The notes below the pieces were generated by a model that searched no databases, was not told where the DNA came from, and saw only the letters and a program-made list of their open reading frames with translations. From positions 43,896,001-43,960,000 of the forward strand of contig OX597828.1 in the NCBI GenBank assembly GCA_951406725.2: a DNA stretch of 64,000 nucleotides. Reading direction: 5' to 3'. The DNA comes from Octopus vulgaris. Lineage: Eukaryota. Positions 43,934 to 59,494 of this stretch are shown here, piece by piece (within the stretch, counting starts at the first letter, position 1; every line of letters starts with the position of its first letter). A program made the translations under genes and the position numbers.

Positions 43934-44365
43934 GTAAGTAATGTTATTGACTTTGAAACTCACTGATTAACGTCTTGGAAGTGATGTCGACAATTTACCG
44001 ACGCCATCTTGTGGCAAAATATCTCCAGCTTGTCTTCTAACCGCAATCATGTTCATTTATCCAATATATCTTTTATCTTACTATTCCACTTGATTTTTGT
44101 TAAAACGTTGATAATTTTGTCTGTGTTAGTATTATTCAAGAATATTTTACATGTATGTACATATATTATATGAAGTATATATATGAAATATATAGAGATG
44201 CATTAATGTATGTATATATGTATATAATACATATGTATATAAATATAAAGTATACATATATGCGTGTGTGTATACATATATTACATGTATGTAGGTGTAA
44301 CGACATATATATGTTTGTATGTCGGCGTGTGCATTATTACGTTGTCATTTTTATTGTCAATTATC

Positions 44366-44640
<275 letters not shown>

Positions 44641-45121
44641 TATCATTGTTATTGTTGTTGTGGTTGTTATGCATACTTTTCGCTTAGTCTTTGAGGATTT
44701 TTCTTCGCAATCGTTTTCGGACTTCTATCGTTGCTAATTAAATAAATATCACCCTAATTATTAATGTAGAAGAAGAAGAAGAAGAAGAAGAAGTAGTAGT
44801 AGTAGTAGTAGTAATAGTAGTAGTAGTATTTGTAGTAGTAGTTATGCTTGATGTTCTTACTGTTCTCGCTCCATATGATGTTTTTCTTTATATATTTATG
44901 AACGGAGTTGTTGGCATCACTTCTGATAATGTTTTTTTTTTGCAACGAATCTTGAAGTTTTAGGTTCGTACTATGCCGTTTGTAGTGCAGTAACCCCGAG
45001 GACCGGGATCCTTTGATCTCGTCCAATCGTCTTTGTGAAAGATGCAATTACATAACAAAGTTCAGCGCTTTTCTACTTGTGTTCACAACTCATTGCGTAG
45101 TACAATCAGCCAATGATAATG

Positions 45122-45236
<115 letters not shown>

Positions 45237-45301
45237 TAATAATAATAATGATAATAACAATAATGATAATAATAATAATAATAATGTTGTTATCGTTATT
45301 A

Positions 45302-45835
45302 TTGAGTGAGAGAGCAGTGCATGCCATCAAAGTGACACTAGGGTAAAATATACGAAGCCCAGTATATACATCATGACTACCTGTCTGATATGGGGACACC
45401 AGGCATTTGCATCACAACCATATGTCCGCCACATAGCGATCTCATATCAAGATACACAGTGCATGAACTTGCAGGTGACGCCCAGTTAGAATTTTATTCA
45501 GGTCGAGTAACCCATCCTGCTCAAAAGGTCCCTCAATAAGAGTTGTTTCAGGATGCAGAACAAAACAGCCATGTTTCCAGAGATGAATCATTCGAACCCC
45601 AAATAATTCCTCTCAACACATGCTGTTACTCCACTACTTCTGCTCGTGATCAGAGATGCACATATCGTCAGCCACTAAGGGACAGGCTCAACTGGTTAAG
45701 GTCAAACAACTGACAAGCAAATCTGTGATATTGAGCAGAATATTTGCTGTAGGCCATCTATTATATGAAGACAAAACAATATACATGATGACACTTCCAA
45801 TCAATGTCAATGAGAATCCACGAGAGCCACTTGCT
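45302..45835 (-). mobile_element. Inverted, diverged copy of the 33090-33628 retroelement
   Basis: gagagcagtgcatgccatcaaagtgacact, caactggttaaggtcaaacaactgacaagcaaatctgtg. Confidence 0.85.
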
Positions 45836-45837
45836 GG

Positions 45838-46045
45838 TAGGCAGGCCAGTTAAGTCGACAGAATCGTCAGTTAAATTTTCTCGGTTTTAACGTTCTAAGT
45901 TCAAATTCCACCGAAGTCAACTTTGCCATTCATCGTTTCGGGGTGGTTAATACTAAGTAACAGTTGAGCAGAGGGGTCAGTGTAATTGACTAGCTCCCTG
46001 TCCGTCTCCACCTCGAAGAACAATTTCAGATCTTGAGCTCATAGT
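45838..46045 (+). mobile_element. SINE family B, diverged
   Basis: gttcaaattccaccgaagtcaactttgccattcatcgtttcgggg. Confidence 0.7.
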
Positions 46046-46178
46046 ACAAAAAAATCCTCTGTACTATTGTTGTGGCTGTTGTTGTATTTGAGCATTTATT
46101 GTGGTAGTTATTTCTTTCTCCACCTCCTGCTCCTTATTTTCTTCAAATCCCTGGCCCTTGTGGCCCATAATTGAAATT

Positions 46179-46222
<44 letters not shown>

Positions 46223-47450
46223 ATTCATCATTATTATTATTTTTATCATCATCATCGTTATCGTCGTCGTCGTCGTTGTCTTCATCATCTTCTTCATCAT
46301 CATCAACAGCAACAACACCAACAACAACAACACGAGACCAAAAATATATTTAAAAAAAAAATAAAGGTGAAATATTCCTACATCAATAGTCGTAGCAAAA
46401 ACAAGTGATGTGAATAGAAGCAACAGACGAGAGAAAGAGAAAGTAAGCAATTAAGCAGGAAAGAATGATGTGATGGAAAGAAAGATGAAAGGAATCGGAT
46501 AAGGTGAAAAGAAAAGAAGAAGAAAAAACAGACAACAAAAAGAACAAAAAAGATATAAAAGAGAAGAAAGAAAATGAAAGAAGAAATTAATGGCAGATAG
46601 TGATGCTTCTCCCCATCCTCTGAGACTGAAGGTTTATTTATGTTTTCTGTCAAAGAAGTTGTTGCTTTCATCTCTGTTTGTTGTCCAATGAGATGTACTG
46701 CCTGTCATGGAAGCCAATCCTATGTTAAAGTTTCCCGCCAAAACGAGTTACGTCATGCTTGGATGAAAGACATAAAACTTTATATCCTAACTGCCATCTT
46801 AGGAATATGGTTTGACTTTGTGTCAGGTTTTCCTCTTCCTTTGCTTTTTCCTTTGATCTTTTCCGTTTTGTTTTGGGGGTTGTTTATTGGCGTTTATGTT
46901 TCTTGACTGGCGAATGGGAAGCGAGTGTGGAGATGCAACGATTGTTGTACAGTTCGTTGTTGTTGTTTTTGTTGTTGTTGTTGTTTTTCTTTAGTTCTTA
47001 AAAAAGGATGACGATGATGATGTTGCTGTTGATGGTGACATTTCGTGGTTGTCGGTTTATAGCATCGGAGTTATGACGTCAATAACACTATTGAGTGGGT
47101 TTATCGGAGAGGCGATGGCGATGGCATAAATGGTAGTGAAGAAGTTAGAATTATTGAACTTTAGTTACGTTGTGACGTTAGTTGAAATATATTTTTGGTA
47201 ATATTATTAATAGTATCCCTGCATTAATAGCAGGAAGGAGGTATTAACGTAGGGTTATGGAATTCATACATGTCATGTATCGGAGTCGTTATTGTCAGTA
47301 TGGTGTTGTTCATAAAAACACACTGGTCTTATCTAAGTATCTTATTATAAATACGGTTCGTTTGTGGTGGTACTGTGACATTGCTGGACGTAGAGCAATA
47401 GTAAATATTTCCTACTGGTAACCTTTTCGTCTGTGACATGAAACTGTATT

Positions 47451-47700
47451 TACCTATTTCTTTACTACCCACAAGGGGCTAAACACAGAGAGGACAAACA
47501 AGGACAAACGGATTAAGTCGATTATATCGAGCGAAGTGCGTAACTGGTACTTATTTAATCGACCCCGAAAGGATGAAAGGCAAAGTCAACCTCGGCGGAA
47601 TTTGAACTCAGAACGAAACGGCTGACAAAATACGGCTACGCATTTCGCCCGGCGTGCTAACGTTTCTACCAGCTCGCCGCCTTTGCCAGCTCGCCGCCTT
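47451..47700 (-). mobile_element. SINE family B with a short tandem duplication of its 5' end
   Basis: Full monomer; ccagctcgccgcctt occurs twice at 47669-47700. Confidence 0.9.
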
Positions 47701-47709
47701 TTATTGTAT

Positions 47710-48130
47710 TTACCGGCACACAAGTCGACAGAGTATAAGGTGTAAACATGTAGCATAAACATTCAAAATTTGTCCCTGTCTTTCCAAACCCTGCTGCATT
47801 TCACAGGGTATTTTTGGTCCGCCTAAGCCCTTTTGATGTACAGGTCGATCTACCTGTTTTGGCCGTAAATTATGGCTTGCAGAATTCCAATGGTGTGCCA
47901 GAAAATACTCAACTTTAACTCCTTCTTTGTATTCCAATCTAAATCTTCTTTCGTCTTACTGCACCGCTGCTGTGCAGAAAAATGTTATACTATCGCAAAG
48001 AAAGAACACAATAGAATATTGAGTGTTTTTATGGGTATAGTTCAGCTAAGGAGTAGTAAATAAGGTATGTTGTTTTATAGGTTAGGTAGAGTCTCGGCTA
48101 GTTCAGTATATAAGCCGGAGTACAAAATAC
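47710..48130 (-). mobile_element. Possible pogo/Tigger-like remnant
   Basis: The - strand reads RRFRLEYKEGVKVEYFLAHHWNSAS, weakly like a Brinker-type DNA-binding start; gtataag/gtcgac motifs near both ends. Confidence 0.25.
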
Positions 48131-48451
48131 GCTGGTTCACATTAAATAAGGGTATAGCCCTGGATACAGTGACTGCGAAGTAATCTCTTTAAACAGTAAG
48201 CTATGGCTGAATAAGATATATAAAGTTTAATAACGAAAGCAAGTGGCAAGGAAAATGTTGAAGAAGGAGATGAGAGGATAATAAATAAGACTAAAAGGGC
48301 AAAATTCGGCCTGGCTGATTTCTCATTCCACTTACTCCTCCTTCTACTACTCCTCAATGTTCTTCCTTTCCTTTCCATCAAATAATAATAATAACCATCG
48401 CCATAAGCATCCTCGTCGACGTCGTCGTGGCTGTCGTCACCATCACCACCG

Positions 48452-48453
48452 TG

Positions 48454-48507
<54 letters not shown>

Positions 48508-48535
48508 GTCATCATCGTCATCATCATCATCATCG

Positions 48536-48588
<53 letters not shown>

Positions 48589-48649
48589 GTCATCATCGTC
48601 GTCATCGTCATCATCATCATCGTCATCGTCATCATCATCATCGTCATCG

Positions 48650-48684
<35 letters not shown>

Positions 48685-48685
48685 G

Positions 48686-48735
<50 letters not shown>

Positions 48736-48743
48736 GTCGTCAT
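48452..48743. repeat. (CAT)n microsatellite with CGT interruptions
   Basis: Direct observation. Confidence 0.98.
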
Positions 48744-49367
48744 CAGGGCGCACCAGTAACAACAACAGCAGCAGCCGCAGCAGCAGCAGCGGCTATGGCA
48801 GCAGCAATGGCGGCAGCTGTGGCATTGTTTCAAGCGAAATGAGGGGAAATGTTTTACAGAAAAGACCAAAATTTCTAGCGTATGATGAAGGAAATTAATA
48901 GAGAAAATCTGGAAAATTAATCGAATATTAGCCCCAAAATAATCACAACGACGCAGATCAGATCAATAAATACCATAAACTGTTCGCACACAATGTAATA
49001 TAAAATAGAATAATACAATAGAGGAGTGTATAGCAATATAGAATGTATAATAACTATTTGTATAAATGTAAGATAATGCTAATAATATTATGATATATCT
49101 TATGAACGTTGTCTTTCTCTTACTGAGCATATATGTGTGTATCTGTGTCTGCGTGTCTGTGTATGTATGCGTGTGCGCGAGTGTGTATGTGTCTCTGTGT
49201 GTATGTATTATGTGAGTTTGTGTCGTGCGTGTTTTCCTCTGTGTCTGTGTGTGTGTGTGAGTGTGTGTGTGTGTACGTTCATACAAGTAAAAGAACATAG
49301 ACAAAGATTGCCGTCAACATATCAGGATGCAGTTACGAATATTTAAATTAAAATTTGTGTGACTAAA

Positions 49368-49605
49368 CTCTTTTTCTCTTTTCTCTTTTACTTGTTTCAG
49401 TCATTCGACTACGGCCATGCTGGAGCAGCGCCCTTTTGTCGAAGAAATCGACCCCAGGACTTATTCTTTGGAAGCCTAGTACTTATTCTATCGGTCTCTT
49501 TTGTCGAACCACGAAGATACGGTGAGGTAAACACACCACCATCGGTTGTTAAGCGATTTTGGGGGCAAACGCAGACACACACATACACACACACACACAC
49601 ACACG

Positions 49606-49641
<36 letters not shown>

Positions 49642-49806
49642 TACCACGGTCTCCTTTCAGTTTCCGTCTACAAAATCCGCTCACAAGGCTTTGGTTGGCC
49701 CGAGGCTATAGTAGAAGACACTTGCCCAAGGTGCCACGCAGTGGGAATGAACCTGGAACTATGTGGTTTGTAAGCAAGCTACTTACCACACAGCCACTCC
49801 AGCGAC
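49368..49806 (-). mobile_element. SINE family A, near full-length
   Basis: Collinear with 10822-11221. Confidence 0.92.
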
Positions 49807-50109
49807 TCCACATTACTTAAGGTTTCGTGGACGCATGAGATGCGTTCACATTCTCCTGTGAGTTACACCATTCCTACGCAGCTCAAATCCCTAGGTACTG
49901 TGGAACTGCGATTGACGCAACGCGAAACACCAATGTTCTACATAATTGTCTTCGGTTTAGATGCACAAATCTTAGATTATTCTCAGAGCACTGACGGAAG
50001 CTTCATGAAATGTGAGCTGTACTTTGAAGACGTGATTCAATTAACGCTAAGCTACAGATGGAAGGCGGTATATTTTGCTAAATAATTTGAGTTCAAATCG
50101 TATTATACA

Positions 50110-50474
50110 CTAGCAGTATCGCCCGGCGTTGCTCGGGTTTGTAAGGGAAATAACTATATAAGCATTTTTAGAGATGTAAAGTATAATAGCTATCTCAATC
50201 TGGCTAATCACAAAGGGGGGTGTTACTGTAGCTTTTTACGTTACTTTCCTTATATAATAGCAAAAAAAATGCATTAAAAATGGGAAAAAATGATGGTAAT
50301 TTTTTTTTTTAATCGTAGACTCATCGTAGACGCGCGCTAATACCCAGAAGGGCTCGATATGAATCACGACTATAAGATACCCGCTTTTGGTTACACTGCA
50401 CCGCAAAATGTGGGAGTAGTTAGGAATCTAAATTGTAGGAGACAGACACACAACCTCACTTTTATATATAAAGA
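50110..50474 (-). mobile_element. Non-autonomous Helitron, complete ends
   Basis: The - strand reads A|TCTTTATATATAAAAG ... acccgagcaacgccgggc hairpin ... CTAG|T; inserted in an AT dinucleotide with no TSD. Confidence 0.88.
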
Positions 50475-50879
50475 TTTCATACTTCTGTTTGAGTCTCGTT
50501 CACTGTTAAAAGTTAATCTCGTTAGATGTTTCTTTTAATGGTGTCTTCGAGAGACCGGGAGCAGATCTAAAGCAGAAAGGGCATGTCATGACGAAGGAAC
50601 TTTGACAAACCTGAATGATTAATCAAACAATTAATGATACTACACGTTAATTAATTGCTGAAATGATTAGGAAATTGACAAATGATAACAAAAGAAGAGA
50701 AACAGAACCAGCACGTGTGTTTATCATTGTTTTAATGACCATTCCGAGTACAGTAGATTCAATTGTAGATGTAGCATATGATATCGCGATTCCTTAGCGA
50801 AATAATACAGTATATATACATATACATACATAAATACATACATATATATAACGTATATATACATATACATATATATATA

Positions 50880-50963
50880 TAACGGGAAGCTTTATGAAAA
50901 TAGACAAAAGACGAAGGCAGGTGGGAAACAAACAAACAATTGTATTAGTATGGCGCTCAGGAA

Positions 50964-50970
<7 letters not shown>
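50880..50970 (-). mobile_element. Fragment of the 6865-7050 repeat family, in (TA)n
   Basis: Reverse complement matches tactaataca-ttgtttgtttgt...tgccttcgtcttttgt. Confidence 0.75.
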
Positions 50971-51006
<36 letters not shown>

Positions 51007-51007
<1 letters not shown>

Positions 51008-51389
51008 TAGCAGTATCGCCCGGCGTTGCTCAGGTTTGTAAGAGAAATAACTATATAAGCATTTTTAGAGATTTATAGCCAAAAAATAGCAAAAAAATGC
51101 ATTAAAAATGGAAAAAAATGATGGTAATTATTTTTTAAATCGTTGACTCATCGTAGACATTTTTAGAGAGTTACTTCCCTTATATAATAGCGAAGAAATG
51201 CATTAAAATGGAAACAATGATGGTAAATTATTTTTAAAATCATAGACTCATCGTAGACGCGTGCTAATACCCAGAAGGGCTCGATATGAATCACGACTAT
51301 AAGATACCCGGTTTTGGTTAAACTGCACCGCAAAATGTGGGAGTAGTTAGGAATCTAAATCGTAGGAGACAGACACACAACTTTTATAT
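51007..51389 (-). mobile_element. Second copy of the Helitron with an internal ~100-bp tandem duplication
   Basis: Same ctagcagtatcgcccggcgttgctc end; atttttagag...gactcatcgtagac unit occurs twice (about 51060-51257); 5' TC end missing. Confidence 0.88.
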
Positions 51390-51816
51390 GGCAGAACATT
51401 TTTCTTGAATTTTTTGTCACCCTTATATTGATTGATTAATGAACTTTTGACTAATTCTGAAATTTGTATCAGCAGCTTATATTTGCTGCGGAGTAGATGG
51501 CGCGATTACGGTGAATTCGAAAATTTACGATATATAGACCCGAGGCTTAGATGGTGTAGCCTCGTGTATATATCTCTGCCTCCTATTTTGGTGACTTTGC
51601 TGACGAGACAAGCCAAGCGTAAACGGATTTAATTTAATTTAATTAAATTTGATTGCGTGAAGATGTTGAAACCTTGAAGGGTACAAAGTTTGAAGGGGAT
51701 AAATGTTTTTTATTTTCCTCTAGTTTCAGAATTACTACTATTTTTTGCGGTTTTGAGTTTTAGCTGCTCTTTTCAAGTGAGTCGAACGACCTTCTCAGGG
51801 TCATTCCTTAATATTT

Positions 51817-51858
<42 letters not shown>

Positions 51859-52923
51859 CGTATATATAGATATACATAGATACATACATACATAAATATA
51901 ATATATATATGTATGTGTATATATAGATTTTCTATTTATCCATTTTCTATTTTGTCTCATTGTTTATTTCTGTGTTCCTTTCTGTCGAAGAGCGTAGAGC
52001 ATATTTCTCCAATTGCTCCATCGGTGGGAATAATCTCTTCATAAAGTTACTAAAGATTGTTCTTCCCCATGCCAAGATCATATTCATTGTACTATATGTA
52101 TTCTCTTCCTTAAACCCTCTGTATCTTCTTTTCCCGCTCCCTTTTTCTATTTAACCTCGTTCTTTATGAACATCCTGACAACTGCTGTATGTAGGATCAA
52201 TTTCTGTTTACCATTTGTATTCTGAAATGTTGACTGAAGATGGTTTTTTGTAAAGATTGTCTTGCATAACTGCTCGCAAGACGCGTATTAAATGTATTCA
52301 AAGTATCAACCTTTGGTTCTGTATTTACTCTTATACTATCCTGTCCGTGCATGGATAATACAGATTAATCGTATAAGGGAAATATAGTGGTTTGTTTAAT
52401 CGAAAAGTTAGGGGGAATTATTGGCTAAATATATTACATCTAAGCGTGTATGTGTGTGTGTATGTGTGTGTGTGTGTTCGCGTGAGAGTAGCAACTACAT
52501 ATGTGCATGTACGTAGATATAAGATGTGTTTTCTTATATGAAATTGTATGCAGAATTATACATACAGAAGCAAGTAGTTTATATGTTATGCGCACATATG
52601 TATACATGTTGAATTATACGAATAGGCAAATAAACAGAGAAGAGGAGGCGACATTAATAATATAGAGAATAATAAGGAGAAGGCAAAAGATGAAGGAAGG
52701 AGTGAAAGGAGTAGGAGGAAAAAACAAAGGAAGGAAGAAAGTGATGACAACGAGGAGCGGTGGTGGAGGTGGAGGAAGGTGGAAGCAGGATGAAAAGGAG
52801 GCAGATTTGGAGGAGGAGAGACAACTGTAGATGACTGGCTATATAGATGTTTACAATCTATATTTATGAGGACATCAATGTCCAAATTTCTCAAATTCAT
52901 GTAGAAATGCACGCATATATATA

Positions 52924-53009
<86 letters not shown>

Positions 53010-53024
53010 TGGATATACATATGT

Positions 53025-53087
<63 letters not shown>

Positions 53088-53131
53088 CGTATATACCGAG
53101 ATTTATATGTATGTACATACATATATAAATC

Positions 53132-53200
<69 letters not shown>

Positions 53201-53781
53201 GTATATATATTATATATATTCACATATCTATACACACACACACACGCATACACACATAGATAGGCTAAAAAATATATATTTCTTTGTGCATATTTCTCTA
53301 AAACTGTGCATGTGGTTCTATATATATAAATATGTACTTATATATATACGTATATACATACATAGACACGCAAATATCCACAAAGAAATCAAATTAAGAA
53401 TAATTTTACATTAAAAAGGAATATATATATATATTCATGTGTGTAGGTGTATGTATTTAGATTTATATTTTCTTGTTTAGCCAATGGCGAGTAGATAATA
53501 TGTAACTCTCCAAAGGAATTGATCTTAAATTGCACTGAACAACAGGAAATTAAAAATGAAGGTATCATTTAATGTTTGTGTATACACAGCAATAGATTCT
53601 GTCTTTTCACGCTCACAGCTCTGTACGCACATTCTTAAATATTCTCTTGCATGCATATACGTAAAGAAGTAATTCTCACATTTGAATATAAATTCTTTAT
53701 ACATACATACATATATGTATGTATATATATTATACATACGTGCATATATACATACGTGCATATATATATATATATACATAC

Positions 53782-53825
<44 letters not shown>

Positions 53826-53997
53826 GAATATGGTTTTATCTATTTTAATCACCTCATAATATATAAAAAAAAAGAGAGAAACTATGGAACTCACCTATTA
53901 TTTTAATGTGGAACGCTGTACAACGATGTAAAGGATTTTGAATCAAATGGAATGCATTTTTAAATAAAAAGAATCATAACGGAACATGTCATGCTTT

Positions 53998-54040
53998 TCT
54001 TGTTCTTGTTCTTGTTCTTCTTCTTCTTCTTCTTCTTCTT

Positions 54041-54071
<31 letters not shown>

Positions 54072-54176
54072 TTCTACTTCTTCTACTTCTACTACTTCTT
54101 CTACCACTTCTACTTCTTCTACTTCTTCTTCTTCTTCTTCTACCTCTTCTTCTTCTTGTCCTTCTTCTTTTTCTTC

Positions 54177-54221
<45 letters not shown>

Positions 54222-54272
54222 TTCTTCTTCTTCTTCTTCATCATCATCATCATCATCATGATCTTCTTCTTC

Positions 54273-54322
<50 letters not shown>

Positions 54323-54460
54323 TTTCTTCTTCTTCTTCTTCTTCTTCTTCTTCTTCTTCTTCTTCTTCTTCTTCTTCTTCTTCATCATCGTCATCATCTT
54401 CGTCATCTTCTTCTTATTATTATCATTATTATTATTATTATTATTGTTATTATTATTTAT
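53998..54460. repeat. Compound (TCT)n/(CAT)n/(TAT)n microsatellite
   Basis: Direct observation. Confidence 0.97.
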
Positions 54461-54531
54461 AAAACATGTATTCATATTCATTACGCATTTATCCATATAT
54501 ATATATATGCATATGTGTGTGTGAACATATG

Positions 54532-54579
<48 letters not shown>

Positions 54580-54987
54580 ATGATATATATATATATATAT
54601 TTATGTATATATATGCATGTATATATATATATATATATATGTACATATATATATGTATGTATCTATGTATAAGTATATATGTGTGTGTGTCTGTGTGTAT
54701 CTGCATACAGTTATGTACATATATATGTTACAGCAATATCTGCTGTTACTGCTGCTGCTGCTACTTCTGCAACTATTAACATGTATTTCAATTCCTTGTT
54801 TTTATGATCTCTTCATATTTTCTTCACTTCCATCCTGTTTTTGAAAATTTTTCATAATGTGTACAAAATGTGCTATAGAATGAATGAAAAAGCAGAGAAT
54901 CTACTTAATATACACTATACACTTTTACATACACACATATACAAACTTACTGACGCAAAAACATACGTATGAATATATATGTGTATA

Positions 54988-55029
<42 letters not shown>

Positions 55030-55124
55030 TAGATAATTTTGTATGTGCGCATGTATGTATGCATGTATGTTTCTGCATGCATGTGTATATAAAATTATTC
55101 TGGAATTTTCTATATCACGTGATT

Positions 55125-55330
55125 ACATGACGAACTAGGCTGCCAGATGTTGTTACACATCGCTGGTTACACTGCGGCTTTTTCATTGTGTTTTTAGCCT
55201 TCAAATGGCTAGTCGAGCAGTCCAACATTCCCCAGGAGGAATGGACCAACATGACATGAAATGTTTTACTCAAGAATCGAACCCACAATCTAGCGATCGT
55301 GAGTGCAACAGCCTAATCACGTGACTTCAC
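55125..55330 (-). mobile_element. tRNA-derived SINE fragment (family C-like head)
   Basis: The - strand reads ttaggctgttgcactcacgatcgctagattgtgggttcgattcttgagtaaaac. Confidence 0.55.
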
Positions 55331-55335
55331 GAAAT

Positions 55336-55399
<64 letters not shown>

Positions 55400-55606
55400 A
55401 GAGGTGCAGCACGGATTTTTGTCAGTGAAGAGGTCGCGGTCTAATAGCGACGAAAATATTTTGACAAATTAAACTTAAATGTTGAAGTGAATCGAACGGC
55501 TTTTGTATGTTTCTTAAATGGCTTACAAACACCTTCCACGCAGCAATTGTTTTCGTTCCAGCACACGATCTCAGATAAAATCACTTGCTATGCAAGTACA
55601 CCTCCG

Positions 55607-55654
<48 letters not shown>

Positions 55655-55659
55655 TTTCA

Positions 55660-55845
55660 GTCCTTTATTTGTTTCAGTCGTGCTGGAGCAGCGGCTTTAG
55701 GCAAACAAATCGACCACACGACTTATTCCTTGTAAGCCTAGTACTTATTCTATTGGTCTCGATGGCTGAACCGTTAGAATAAGGGAAAGTAAACACACCG
55801 ACATCGGTTGTCAAGCAATGGTGGGGGAACAAACACAGACACACA
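55660..55845 (-). mobile_element. SINE family A tail
   Basis: gctggagcagc...gtaagcctagtacttattctat...catcggttgtcaagcaatg. Confidence 0.85.
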
Positions 55846-55847
55846 AA

Positions 55848-56830
<983 letters not shown>

Positions 56831-56913
56831 TTTATCTATACACACACGCAGACACACACAGACACAGACACACAGACACACAGACACACACACAGACACA
56901 GACACAGACACAG

Positions 56914-56946
<33 letters not shown>

Positions 56947-56967
56947 TATATATATATATATATATAT

Positions 56968-57097
56968 ACGACGGGCTTCTTTCAGTTTCCATGTACCAAA
57001 TCCACTCACAAGACTGTGGTTGACCCGAGGGCAATGAGACGTAACCCAGAACCATACGGTTGGTAAGTAAGCTTGCTGTCACCAAGTCACGCCTGCA
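56968..57097 (-). mobile_element. SINE family A head, partly deleted
   Basis: acgacgggcttctttcagtttcc...aatccactcacaag. Confidence 0.8.
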
Positions 57098-57541
57098 CAG
57101 ATTTGCGCGAATGTTATATAAGAAGACATATACATTTCAAGCGCTGTGTTTGTGAACAAAATTTAACAAAATATTAATGTAATACGACGTTACGCAATAT
57201 TACGTGACATGAACCAAAATTTGCTTAACGCATTTCTCTTTAAGTCATATCGACATCAATGTGACAGACTTCAGTCTTCCATAGGAAGCGAAATGGCGCA
57301 TGGTGGAACGTGGTTTTTGAACACCATTACTAGATTTCCGGTTCAATGTGAACTGCGGTTTTTGAACCGTGCGTGTTTTATTTGACAAGAGTATAGAACA
57401 TCAATCTTCTCAGAACGACTGATTAAAAATCTCAGTTTGAAGAAAAAGCATTGAAGAATTCCATTGCATTGAAGAAGGCAGTCGTAAGATAACTGACTTT
57501 AGCTCGCCGTAAATACTATGTTACACGTAGACATCAGTGGC

Positions 57542-57581
<40 letters not shown>

Positions 57582-57715
57582 GGGTGTTGAAGAGAAATCT
57601 GTGTTACTAGCAAGATTATGGACAATTATGATACCAAATTCCCGTGACTCCTAAAACACGCCCCTTTCGAAAACTGCTACTAATATTTACACAGAAACAT
57701 ATAATTCGTTTCTGC

Positions 57716-58537
57716 TCAAGGCACAAGACCCGAAATTGTGGGGGAGGGGCCAGTAGAATAGATAAACCCCAGTACGCAAATGGTACTTAGTTTATCGACC
57801 CCGAAAGCTTGAAAGGTAAAGTCGACCTCGGCGGAATTCGAACTCAGAAGGTAGCGGCAGATGAAATACCTATTTCTTTCGACTCGCCGCCTTACACAAA
57901 CATATATAATACATACATTATGAGTATATACGTATATATGTATATATGCATGTATATGTATATATACATATGAATAAATACATATACATGAATATATATT
58001 GGTGGCGTATGTGTATGTGTGGATGCATGTAGGTGTATATACACATATATATACATTAGCGTATGTATGGAACGTGTCTGTGTGTGCGTGCACGTGTATG
58101 TGTGTACGTGCGTGTGTATGTGTGTGGTTGTATGTGTGATCATTGCTCTGTCATCACAGATGATAGGCGTTTCTCTGTGCTCACTCGTTATTTGCGGGAG
58201 GGGTCAAGTATAATAGATCGATCTCAGTACGCAATTGGTAACTAGTTTATCGACCGCGAAAGGATGAAAGGCAAAGTCGACCTCGGTGGAATTTGAACTC
58301 AGGACGTAAAGACAGACGAAATACCTATTTCTTTACTACCCACAAGGGGCTAAACACAGACAGTAAAAACAAGGACAGACAAACGGATCAAGTCGATTAC
58401 ATCGACCCCAGCGAGTAACAGGTACTTAATTTATCGACCCCGAAAGAATGAAAAGCAAAGTCGACTTCGGTGGAATTTGAACTCAGAACGTAACGGCAAA
58501 CGAAATACCCCTAAGCATTTCGCCCGGCGTGCTAACA
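57716..58537 (-). mobile_element. SINE family B cluster (57716-57893; dimeric copy 58195-58537)
   Basis: aaagtcgac(c/t)tcgg(c/t)ggaatt(c/t)gaactcag occurs three times. Confidence 0.88.
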
Positions 58538-59184
58538 ACACCTTAAAGCATTTTGTGTGGGATGTTGATATGAGGAATGCATAAACGAAGATTAAGAAGG
58601 CAAATTATGGTAAGCAGCGGATGACAAAGCACAACAGATTCCTGTGACTAGTTACTTTAGTATGAGACGAACTCAGTAAGCTTACACACTCATAATTAAA
58701 TAATACTAGATATCCGACAGTTTTATCCCACGAAACGTATCAACGGCTAAGCCAAATATATTGCAAGTGACTGCGTATTCCACAGACAGGTGTAGCCTTA
58801 CAGAAACACTAAGTCGGAATCAGCAGGACATAAACTGCGATAAGTCCAGGCCATTCGTATACAGACATAAAGCTCTTGATAAGTTTTCACAGATTTGTAA
58901 TCTATCTAGTTCCAATAATATGTTCTAGGTTTACCTAAAGCTAGGATAATTCGTTGACGGATCGCTCCTGGATCTATAGTCTACAGAATCTCCAAACATT
59001 GCTCTAAGCTTCCTCGACATAATTAAATATAATCACAGAAATACACAAACACAGACACACACACGGATACACACAATCATATACTCACACACACGTACAT
59101 ATTAATGCGCACGCGCACCCATGTGAGTAGACAAAATCAAAAACATACACATACTCAAGGATAGAAAGAAAAAAATATATATGC

Positions 59185-59236
<52 letters not shown>

Positions 59237-59325
59237 GCATTTGCATTACACTAAATATATGTATGCAATAAATGCAAGTATGTATATATAATTATTTGTA
59301 CAAATATACATACGATTCAAATACT

Positions 59326-59356
<31 letters not shown>

Positions 59357-59359
59357 ATG

Positions 59360-59448
<89 letters not shown>

Positions 59449-59494
59449 GTATATATATATATATGTATGTACGTATATATGTATATATATATAT

